From: a virus
Virus record (IMG/VR): IMGVR_UViG_3300043449_002204
Coordinates: 13,736 to 77,735 of that record
Reading direction: 5' to 3' (one strand)
Length of the DNA: 64,000 bases
Part shown: positions 1 through 8,292 of the stretch, piece by piece
Position numbering within the stretch: position 1 is the first letter of the stretch
Layout: each line of letters starts with the position of its first letter
The notes under the pieces: model-generated
Databases searched by the model: none
What the model saw: the letters and a program-made list of their open reading frames with translations, nothing else
What the model was told of the DNA's origin: nothing
Position numbers and translations under genes: made by a program

Positions 1-2
1 AT

Positions 3-2687
3 TTACCGTCAAATAGAACTATTCATAGTGATTTAATATTTACTCAAACTAATAAGATTATTATTACCACAACTCAATCAACCCCAACTTCGGAAAGATA
101 TATAACACAATATGATTTATTTGGTAACATTGAGGTTGATGTTCTAATACCTCAGGGTACTTTATCAAGTAATCCACAAGGGTATTCAATGTTTGTGGTT
201 TCTAACAATTTATACTTAGTGGTTTCAAATGGTGCTCCGGCATTTATCAGACAAATTAATTTAAACTCACCATATAATATCACGCCAAGTGGTCAATTAC
301 CAGCTATTTCATTTGATATTTCACAATCACCAGAATGTATAACAGTTGAATTTATCCCGATTACAAAAACTCCAACTCCTACGTCGACTCAAACCCCAAC
401 TCCGACGCAAACCATAACCATAACACCAACATCAGGCAATACATTAACTCAAACACCAACATCTACCCCAACAAATACTATTACACAAACTCCAACAACA
501 ACTAAAACCCCAACAAATACCACAACGGTTACTCCTACCGTAACACCAACTATAACTGTAACTCCAACTAATACAAATACCCCAACTGTTACAGTAACTC
601 AAACTTCACAAACTTGTTTTTGTTATACTTTTTATAATATATCACAGGCCACAACAGGTTTAGTTAATTATACAGGTTGTAACTTAACAACAGGAACTCT
701 TACCATTCCGGCCCAAAGTTTCGAAAGACTATGTGTTCTTGAAAATGCATTTTCTGCAAATACCGCAATACGAGAATACGTTGATTCAGTTTGTTCCGCA
801 TCAATTTGTCCTAATTTAGAACTACAACAATGTAGCATTTTAACAGTACCAACGGGAGGAAATTATTCCGGAGTATGGACTGAAATAAATAAAGAAGGAG
901 ACTTTGTTGAATACTACCCTTCTTCTGGTAGAACAACCGTAGTTTATGGAATGGCCAAAACAAATTCTTTAGTTTGGGTTTATGGTACTTTTGGTGGATT
1001 AGTTAGATTAAGAGAATGGACAATAACTGAAAATCCTTACTCGTCTGTGGTTAATAGGACGTTAGTCATAACCACATTATGGGCAGATACCGAAAATGGT
1101 TTAGCGGCAGTAAATAATAATGCATTAATATCCACAACCGGAACTTCGACAAATTCAACAGTCGTTCAAGTAGTTGTTACACCGTCAATAACAATAACCA
1201 GATTATTTGATTTGGAACCTAATGTTAGAATCTCAGGAGATATATTATTTACCACAACAGGCAAAATAATAATTGCAGTATTAAATACAACCAATAATCA
1301 AAGGTTTATTCGTCAATATGACGTTACAGGTTATTTAGAATCTTCAACTTCCGACGTTTCATCATTATTACCTAATCCTATTTTATTGTTTGTATCATCA
1401 GGAAGATTATACGCCACAAGACAAAATATCACTAATAGTGTAATATATGAAGTTTCTTTAGATTCTCCTTTTGGTCTTACATTGTCAACAGGTAATTTGT
1501 TCAATAGTTTTAATGATTTAGCACAAAGTCCAAGTTGTATAAGTATTGAAATGGTTCCTTTAACAAGAACTCCAACTCCTACAATATCATTGACACCAAC
1601 AATTACTCCTACATCACAAACTCCGACTGCAACACCTACAAGAACTGCAACACCTACAAGAACTTCAACTATAACTCCAACAAGAAGTGTTACACCTACA
1701 AGAACTCCAACTATAACTCCAACAAGAAGTGTCACACCTACTAGAACTCCAACTAGAACAGTTACACCTACTAGAACTCCAACTATAACTATAACAAGAA
1801 GTGTCACACCTACTAGAACTCCAACTAGAACAGTTACTCCAACTAGAACAGTTACTCCAACTAGAACAACAACAATTACTCCTACCATATCATTTACTCC
1901 AAGTATGACTTTAACACCTAGTCCTACTTCATTAGGTGTTGCCGCACTACCGATGATGATTGGTACTTCTAGCGATAGTTTAACCACATATTTATTAAGA
2001 TATGATGTGTCAACAAACACTTTTGAAACATTAATTTCGGCAGGTGTAGGGATATTACCATCTAGAGACATCGCTTGTACAACAACTAAATTCTGGTTAT
2101 CAAACACAGGTACCGGTAATATAATTAAAGAATATAGTTATACCGCATCTCCATTTAATTACGTTGAATTAAGGACGATAAATGTTCCGGTTACAATAGG
2201 GGAAGGTATGTCAGTTAGAACTTCAAATGGTGTTGATTATTTAATAGTTAACACAGGTACCACGACACCGACTATCGTAGAATTGAACATAACCTCATCT
2301 ACCGCCACTGCAACTGCTAAATTTGATTTACCGTCCGATAGGACTATTTTAGTGGATATGATGTATACCAATACAGATAAATTAATAATTTCAAACTACT
2401 CAGGCGCAAATTCTAATGATGGTTTTTTAACACAATATAATTATACCACAGGGAACAAAGAAATAGATTTATTTTATAATACGTCATTAGGTTATGACTC
2501 ACCAAGGTCTTATTTTGTTTCAGGTGGCACAATTTTTAGTATCAACAATTCAATTACACCAATTATTTATCAATGGAATTCTAATAGTAATATATTCCCA
2601 TCAAGTACTTTTAATTTCGCTCCTCAATCAGTATTTATACGTGGTGCGGCCCAACCTCAACAAGTTATTGACACCAATTTCACATAA
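3..2687 (+). CDS. Large fibre/adhesin-like virion protein with repeated ~240-aa beta-rich (propeller-like) domains separated by Thr-Pro linkers; 5' end truncated by the window
   Basis: The frame is open from position 3 (LPSNRTIHSDLIFTQTNKIII...YITQYD), and this segment is homologous to the internal repeats FDLEPNVRISGDILFTTTGKIII and FDLPSDRTILVDMMYTNTDKLII. The ATG at 189 is therefore probably internal. Two TPT-rich tracts are present. Confidence 0.75.
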   Translation, partial: LPSNRTIHSDLIFTQTNKIIITTTQSTPTSERYITQYDLFGNIEVDVLIPQGTLSSNPQGYSMFVVSNNLYLVVSNGAPAFIRQINLNSPYNITPSGQLPAISFDISQSPECITVEFIPITKTPTPTSTQTPTPTQTITITPTSGNTLTQTPTSTPTNTITQTPTTTKTPTNTTTVTPTVTPTITVTPTNTNTPTVTVTQTSQTCFCYTFYNISQATTGLVNYTGCNLTTGTLTIPAQSFERLCVLENAFSANTAIREYVDSVCSASICPNLELQQCSILTVPTGGNYSGVWTEINKEGDFVEYYPSSGRTTVVYGMAKTNSLVWVYGTFGGLVRLREWTITENPYSSVVNRTLVITTLWADTENGLAAVNNNALISTTGTSTNSTVVQVVVTPSITITRLFDLEPNVRISGDILFTTTGKIIIAVLNTTNNQRFIRQYDVTGYLESSTSDVSSLLPNPILLFVSSGRLYATRQNITNSVIYEVSLDSPFGLTLSTGNLFNSFNDLAQSPSCISIEMVPLTRTPTPTISLTPTITPTSQTPTATPTRTATPTRTSTITPTRSVTPTRTPTITPTRSVTPTRTPTRTVTPTRTPTITITRSVTPTRTPTRTVTPTRTVTPTRTTTITPTISFTPSMTLTPSPTSLGVAALPMMIGTSSDSLTTYLLRYDVSTNTFETLISAGVGILPSRDIACTTTKFWLSNTGTGNIIKEYSYTASPFNYVELRTINVPVTIGEGMSVRTSNGVDYLIVNTGTTTPTIVELNITSSTATATAKFDLPSDRTILVDMMYTNTDKLIISNYSGANSNDGFLTQYNYTTGNKEIDLFYNTSLGYDSPRSYFVSGGTIFSINNSITPIIYQWNSNSNIFPSSTFNFAPQSVFIRGAAQPQQVIDTNFT
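1560..1930 (+). repeat. Coding tandem repeats (6/12/18-bp units encoding TPTRT/TPTRS), including a 72-bp duplication at 1701-1772 and 1773-1844
   Basis: The two 72-bp copies match at 68/72 positions. The 18-bp unit ccaactagaacagttact is repeated at ~1821-1868. Confidence 0.85.
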
Positions 2688-2724
2688 ACCAAACTAAAAA
2701 GTATTTATAATAAAATAAAACAAT

Positions 2725-3054
2725 ATGACATTTTCAGCACTAACATGTATGACCGTTACGGGAACTTCATTGTCACCTAATGCGACTATTCAAGTTTTTT
2801 CTGATTATGATAATTTTTCAGTACCGTTTGATTCGGTTCCACTGTCAGCAATAACAGGTAATCAATGCCCGTTTACTTTAACAGGAATACCTGAATTTAC
2901 AACTGTTATACTATTACGAGACCCTGCAACGGCATGCTGTTTATATATCACAATCGTATGTTGTGATTATAAACAATTCCAACACGGTTTATGCTTTGAA
3001 TTCCAAGATTATCAATCATACTATTTCCAAGACCAATTCCAAGGTGGAGGATAA
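2725..3054 (+). CDS. Small Cys-containing hypothetical protein (probably virion-associated)
   Basis: 109-aa ORF in the fibre cluster, preceded by TATTTATA (2702-2709). C-terminal FQ-rich pseudo-repeat. Confidence 0.6.
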   Translation: MTFSALTCMTVTGTSLSPNATIQVFSDYDNFSVPFDSVPLSAITGNQCPFTLTGIPEFTTVILLRDPATACCLYITIVCCDYKQFQHGLCFEFQDYQSYYFQDQFQGGG

Positions 3055-3074
3055 AAAAAAATATAATATAAAAG

Positions 3075-4124
3075 ATGTTTTTAACAGATAGACAACAAGC
3101 GGTAAGTGTTAATCCAACGGATTTTATTCACATTGTTAACACCGCATCGACATTAACAAACGCGGCTGGCGATTCATTTAAAGCCCAAATATCTCAAATT
3201 TTTGAGTTAACTGCAGGATGTTGTTTGACCGCAGCAACTTTTAATAATGGTACAATAACTTTTAATAATGCCACTGGTGGTACCGCATTTACCGTAACAG
3301 GATTAAGTTTTACGGGAGGTTCAGGTAGTTGTATTAATGAATTATACGTTAACAATATTTTTCCTTGTTCTTTAAATATTAATATTCAACCTCAAAGTCA
3401 AGGTAAAGTATTTTTTGGGTCAATGAGCGGGGCCAGTGGTTTCACAGTTGACCATGTATCTGAAACTGAACAAGTGGCAACTAGATTAGGATTAAATACA
3501 AATACTCCCGAATACACATTGGATTTTTATAGTTACGACAGGAGAAGTAGATTATTTTATGATGATAGTAATCCAACTTTACCATCTCTACATAGTTTAA
3601 CATTTTCAGGAGATTCATCTTTGTCTATTCAGTTTGGAGCATTTTCTTCCGGAAGTTGGGGTATCGCTCTAGCCGCCAGAGGTGACCTTAATACAACTTA
3701 CGACTATATTGGTGCTCAAGGTGAAACTTCATTATTTTCATCAACTTATGCTAATGGAATAAATATTATTAGTCAAGTAACTAATAACTCATCAATAAGA
3801 CCTACAGAAGATTATATAAGATTTTATGCCGGAACTAGTCCTGGTGCTGCAAACTATCAACCTCATATACATATACAAGGTAGTGGAGCAACTAGAGGAT
3901 TTATGGGTATTGGTCAAGGTAACACAAGTCCAACTTCATTAGTAGATATTAGTGGTACTACAGGATATGACCAATTAAGATTACGTACTCAATATAATCC
4001 AACATCAAGTGCAGATGCCAATGGAAATGTTGGTGACATTTGTTGGGGTTTAAATGGTGCAACACCTTACATATATTTGAAAACTGCGGGTGGTTGGATT
4101 AGAAGTATATTAACAGGATTCTAA
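3075..4124 (+). CDS. Putative tail fibre / receptor-binding protein, paralog A
   Basis: 349 aa, Gly/Ser/Thr-rich. Contains fibre-like motifs RLGLNTNTP, GFMGIG..NTSPTSLVDI and a C-terminal GDICW..YIYLK..W. Colinear paralog of the next gene. Confidence 0.6.
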   Translation: MFLTDRQQAVSVNPTDFIHIVNTASTLTNAAGDSFKAQISQIFELTAGCCLTAATFNNGTITFNNATGGTAFTVTGLSFTGGSGSCINELYVNNIFPCSLNINIQPQSQGKVFFGSMSGASGFTVDHVSETEQVATRLGLNTNTPEYTLDFYSYDRRSRLFYDDSNPTLPSLHSLTFSGDSSLSIQFGAFSSGSWGIALAARGDLNTTYDYIGAQGETSLFSSTYANGINIISQVTNNSSIRPTEDYIRFYAGTSPGAANYQPHIHIQGSGATRGFMGIGQGNTSPTSLVDISGTTGYDQLRLRTQYNPTSSADANGNVGDICWGLNGATPYIYLKTAGGWIRSILTGF

Positions 4125-4135
4125 AATATTATATC

Positions 4136-5257
4136 ATGGCAATATTAACAGAACAAATTAAGGCAAGTGCCGTTACATTGAACGATTTTGTACACATCGC
4201 AAGAGCCGATAATGTTCAAAGTGATAACGGGTCTTCATATAAAGCAACAATTTCTCAACTTATTGATGCCGAATCTTGTTGTTTGGATAGTGGTGAATAT
4301 ATACAATCCGCAAATACCATAAACTTATATGGTTTATCAGATACATTATCTCTACAAATACAAAATGTCAACATATTCAGTGGGGGCTCAGCTAGCTGTA
4401 TTAACAATTTTTATTTAAATCAAATAATTCCATGTATTGACAATATTAATATCCATCCGGTTTCGGTAAATAATAGAAGGACTTATTTTGGTAGTAATAA
4501 TGGCGCTTCCGGTTTCACTGTGTTTCATACAATTGTTCAGAATAACCCAGCCAGCGGAGGTATACCTTTCACTTATACAAAACTAATGTTAAATACAAAC
4601 ACAATAATTGATTCTACAAGTTTTTCTTTATTAAGTAAAGACAAAAAGTCAGGATGGTATTTTTACGATAACTTTAATAGTTCTAGTCTTTCTAATTTTA
4701 TAGATATTCAAGAACCAATAATTAATAGCCCTAGCGATAGTAATTCAACCGCAATGGCGATTATTACACCTGGTAGTGATAGTAATAACAAAGTAGGTGG
4801 TGTTATGGGTATTGTTGGTCAATTTGATAATACTTTAGGTTATTATGGTCAACCTTCAGATTCTTTCTTATCCACAACAACCCATTCAAATGGGTTAAAT
4901 ATTGTCTCTACAGATGTAGAAACTGATGATAGCGGATTTATTAGATTTTATTTAGGTTGTGATTATACTTTATGTGATGAACAACCTCATATACATATAG
5001 ATGGAGATACAGGTACAAAAGGGTTTATTGGTTTTGGTAGAAACAATATTAACCCAACTTCATTAGTTGATATTAACGGAGCAAATGCTAATAATAATGT
5101 TGTGGGTTTTAGAAATTTTAGACTTAGAACCTCATATACACCACCAAACCAATTCGATATCACTATTCCACCTGGAACAATATCATGGGATGATACCGGA
5201 ATTTATATAAAAGTAAACTCAGCGGCTTGGAGAAAATTACCAATGTCTACATTCTAA
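4136..5257 (+). CDS. Putative tail fibre / receptor-binding protein, paralog B
   Basis: 373 aa. Shares DFxHI, KAxISQ, CCL, GGSxSCIN, GASGFTV, IRFY, QPHIHI, PTSLVDI and RLRT blocks with 3075..4124. Confidence 0.6.
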   Translation: MAILTEQIKASAVTLNDFVHIARADNVQSDNGSSYKATISQLIDAESCCLDSGEYIQSANTINLYGLSDTLSLQIQNVNIFSGGSASCINNFYLNQIIPCIDNINIHPVSVNNRRTYFGSNNGASGFTVFHTIVQNNPASGGIPFTYTKLMLNTNTIIDSTSFSLLSKDKKSGWYFYDNFNSSSLSNFIDIQEPIINSPSDSNSTAMAIITPGSDSNNKVGGVMGIVGQFDNTLGYYGQPSDSFLSTTTHSNGLNIVSTDVETDDSGFIRFYLGCDYTLCDEQPHIHIDGDTGTKGFIGFGRNNINPTSLVDINGANANNNVVGFRNFRLRTSYTPPNQFDITIPPGTISWDDTGIYIKVNSAAWRKLPMSTF

Positions 5258-5857
5258 CTACCAAATCTTTTCTTGTTTCATATATCCAAGAACACAACAA
5301 TAAGCATCAGATTGGTCAAAGTTTTCCTTTTTTAGAGTGTTGTTACGTGTGTATTGCCACTGAATTTGTGGTTCTTTTTTAGCAACCAAATCCCAAATTA
5401 TTTGTTTCTTATCACAATCTTTTGGATACCCTCCAAATAATACGAATTTGTTTTTATCGTTTTGTTTTACTAATTCAGGAAATGCCCATTTACGAGAATT
5501 ATATGTTGATATAAATTCAGGAACAATACCCAAGACATCGTATATTTCTTTGGTGATTAGTGTATTGTATCTCAATAAGGTTTGAATGGTATAAACATTA
5601 TTAGAATTTAACAAAGGTTCTTCAATTATAACATTCGTTATACCTAATCCTTTGTATTTTTCCAATTTAGTTCTAAAAATCTCACTTTTTAAAAGTAGTT
5701 CTTTAATTTTGTTATCCTCCTTTGGTTTTGGTATCGGAGATATGTGAGTTAACTCTAAAAGTTGTTTTGTTTGTATATCGAATAACGCCCACCCGATGGT
5801 TTTTGTGCTCACATCTAATCCAAGAACTTTTGGACTTTCTTTTAAAGTTTGTTTCAT
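5258..5857 (-). CDS. ruvC: RuvC-like Holliday junction resolvase
   Basis: RNase H-fold motifs VLGLDVSTKTIGWA, VIIEEP and DQSDA match the RuvC catalytic D/E/D/D pattern. Confidence 0.8.
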   Translation of the reverse strand: MKQTLKESPKVLGLDVSTKTIGWALFDIQTKQLLELTHISPIPKPKEDNKIKELLLKSEIFRTKLEKYKGLGITNVIIEEPLLNSNNVYTIQTLLRYNTLITKEIYDVLGIVPEFISTYNSRKWAFPELVKQNDKNKFVLFGGYPKDCDKKQIIWDLVAKKEPQIQWQYTRNNTLKKENFDQSDAYCCVLGYMKQEKIW

Positions 5858-5860
5858 AAA

Positions 5861-8266
5861 TTAAAAATCAAATTTTACCAAAAATTGCTGAATACCCTGC
5901 CTTAATACAGGTGACTGCATTTTCGATATAATCATAAGATTTTTTTCATTATCGTAAAGACCAATGTCGGTTATGTAGCTTTGTCCTCCCCTCCATGTCG
6001 GGTTTGATGGTGATAAAAATTCAGAGAAACTTAAATTTATCTTGTATCTCATTTCATAAATTGTTGCCTGAATATCAGTTTCTATATTACCATAAAAATA
6101 ATATTCATCACCAAAATTAAGTGTCTGACCTGAAGGATTTAAACTTACCATAGGAATATAATCATTAAGATTATAGTATTCTGCGGCGTCGTATAATTCT
6201 TGAGTAACAACAAATGTTGATGCAGTAATTCCACTTTGAACAATACATCCGTCAACTATTGTATTACTTATTTGTGATGTAAAATCAATAATTTTCCATT
6301 CGTCGGGTACAGGCCTTTGTCCTGTTTCAACTAATTGACATATCACTTGAATATTTTCGGCAAAAAATCCTGACGTAATCGCACATCCTCCTCCACAACC
6401 AACACAAGATAAGCAAGGAAACTCGGGTCCAAATCTAACACTAACATTTTGGGGTATAGGATTACCACAATCTAAATTAGGGCCTTGTTGTTTTGTGTAA
6501 TAATTACAATGTAATGAATTTGTAAATCCATTTTCGTTAGAAAATCTGTAAGTAATATACATTGTTTGATTACTACCTGATAAAATTCCTGTTGTCGACG
6601 CATTATCATCACCACAGGTGTTTGGTGTTACTAATGAAACCCTTGGAGCTGGTAATGTCCAGTTTCTATTTGACTTATAGGACATTGCCGCAATTATCTC
6701 ATCATCATCAATAATTATAAGTTTGTGGTCAGGAAATACTTTACCTACTCTACTTGGATATCCATCATCATTTGCATTAGTATCCCATAAATGATAGTAT
6801 CTCATACCAGGGTCATTCATGTCCTCATTTTTCTTTGAGGTCATATATTGTACTTGGAAAAGATTTAAGGTATCAAACCCTGGTGGGTCAACGTAAAATG
6901 TTTGTCCTTGACAACAGTTAGGATTTTTGTGCCACATTAACCAAGGTAAATGTACTTTGAAGTTTCTTCCTTGTCCTGTTGTATCTGCGGGTTGGTCTGG
7001 GTCATATGGTTCCATTGCAAATTTTTCACCATAAAACAAATCTATAGTTTGATTTGTATAGTGAATGATGGCAATCGCCTTTTGTTCCTCAGGTGTTACA
7101 GTAATTCTATCATCAAATGAATTATTATAAAATACCAAACTACTATCGGTCTGTCCACTATCTGACATATAACCAAAAAATTCTTTAGAACCAATATAAC
7201 TTCTAGAATTAAAGTATGAATAACCTTGATATAAAGATGGTATTAGTCCAGCCGGGTCTTCCGACCAAGGAATATTCATATTCCAAATCTTAACATCAAA
7301 TTGGTCATAACCACAAATAGATTCAAAATTTATAACATCATCATTCCAATGTGCTTGTGGTGTATAACTGTCATAAATCTCGGTCATATTTGGTGGGTAA
7401 ATCAATAATCTCGCATAACAAGAACTATTAAATACCGTAAAATCAGGCGCCGGTCTATCTAAAACTATCTCATCACCACAAACATCAACAATTCTATATG
7501 TAAGAATGTGATAACAACTAGACATCGTCATAGAACAATTAGGTACAGGTTCAGGTGGGCATAAAGGTACAGGAGTTGGTTCAGGACAAGGTGGGTTTGA
7601 TGGTGTAGGTGTTGGAGTTACTAAACATGGGAATGGGTCTGGTACTTGTGCGGATGCCGATGGTGATGGTGGTGGAGTTGCCGATGGTGGATATTGAATA
7701 GGAAAACATTCACAATTAGAAAATCCCGCTCCGTCATAATATATTGTCACCAAATCACCAGCTTGCGGTAGTCTTGTTGTATTTGCATTACATCCTCTAT
7801 ACGATATGGTAATTCTATCCGTACCATTTACGGTTGACATATTGGTAACATAATTAGAGTTAACAACATATTGTCCATTAGTTAATACTGACCAAGATGT
7901 AGGTAATGATGATGTATTAGCATCAAAGAAACCCCTCATTACCGCAGTGTTAAACACAGGACTTACAATCGAATCCATATATGGTATACCGTAAGTATTA
8001 CCATTATTACCATCAACAAAATAAGGATACTTTACATATTGCTTATTAGATTGAGGGACACCTGAATTGTTTTGGTCATTAAAACCCGCCTCTAAAATAT
8101 TTGTATCAAACTGATTGTAAAAATCCGCCAAACCATTATATGAAACTTCACTATCACCTATTTGGAAATAAGCAATATTAAATTTACCTTGTGATAGTTT
8201 TTTTCGTCCAGCGTCGGTTAGTTTTGTATTAATTAATCCTGCCGTATTTTTGAGTATATATCCCAT
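5861..8266 (-). CDS. Baseplate/tail-collar fibre attachment protein with a large insertion
   Basis: N-terminal KLTDAGRKKL..FNIAYFQIGD and C-terminal YITDIGLYDNEKNLMIISKMQSP resemble the two halves of the P2 gpH-type tail-collar domain. The interior is Pro/Cys-rich. Confidence 0.6.
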   Translation of the reverse strand: MGYILKNTAGLINTKLTDAGRKKLSQGKFNIAYFQIGDSEVSYNGLADFYNQFDTNILEAGFNDQNNSGVPQSNKQYVKYPYFVDGNNGNTYGIPYMDSIVSPVFNTAVMRGFFDANTSSLPTSWSVLTNGQYVVNSNYVTNMSTVNGTDRITISYRGCNANTTRLPQAGDLVTIYYDGAGFSNCECFPIQYPPSATPPPSPSASAQVPDPFPCLVTPTPTPSNPPCPEPTPVPLCPPEPVPNCSMTMSSCYHILTYRIVDVCGDEIVLDRPAPDFTVFNSSCYARLLIYPPNMTEIYDSYTPQAHWNDDVINFESICGYDQFDVKIWNMNIPWSEDPAGLIPSLYQGYSYFNSRSYIGSKEFFGYMSDSGQTDSSLVFYNNSFDDRITVTPEEQKAIAIIHYTNQTIDLFYGEKFAMEPYDPDQPADTTGQGRNFKVHLPWLMWHKNPNCCQGQTFYVDPPGFDTLNLFQVQYMTSKKNEDMNDPGMRYYHLWDTNANDDGYPSRVGKVFPDHKLIIIDDDEIIAAMSYKSNRNWTLPAPRVSLVTPNTCGDDNASTTGILSGSNQTMYITYRFSNENGFTNSLHCNYYTKQQGPNLDCGNPIPQNVSVRFGPEFPCLSCVGCGGGCAITSGFFAENIQVICQLVETGQRPVPDEWKIIDFTSQISNTIVDGCIVQSGITASTFVVTQELYDAAEYYNLNDYIPMVSLNPSGQTLNFGDEYYFYGNIETDIQATIYEMRYKINLSFSEFLSPSNPTWRGGQSYITDIGLYDNEKNLMIISKMQSPVLRQGIQQFLVKFDF

Positions 8267-8270
8267 TGTC

Positions 8271-8278
8271 TATAAATA
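8271..8278 (-). promoter_or_regulatory. Putative phage promoter element TATTTATA (representative copy)
   Basis: One of 15 strand-oriented intergenic copies. The 8-mer ends 4 nt upstream of the ATG at 8266. Confidence 0.6.
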
Positions 8279-8292
8279 TAGAAAAACTTTTT

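Noticed and set aside
1560-1930. Possible CRISPR array
   Set aside because: The repeats are in-frame coding units with no unique spacers, and there are no cas genes.
1331-2107. 258-aa minus-strand Val/Gly-rich ORF
   Set aside because: It is the antisense shadow of the Thr-Pro repeats (ACN/CCN codons give stop-free VGV on the opposite strand).
3075-5257. Diversity-generating retroelement TR/VR pair
   Set aside because: The paralogs are too diverged, there is no long near-identical repeat with adenine-only mismatches, and no reverse transcriptase is in the window.
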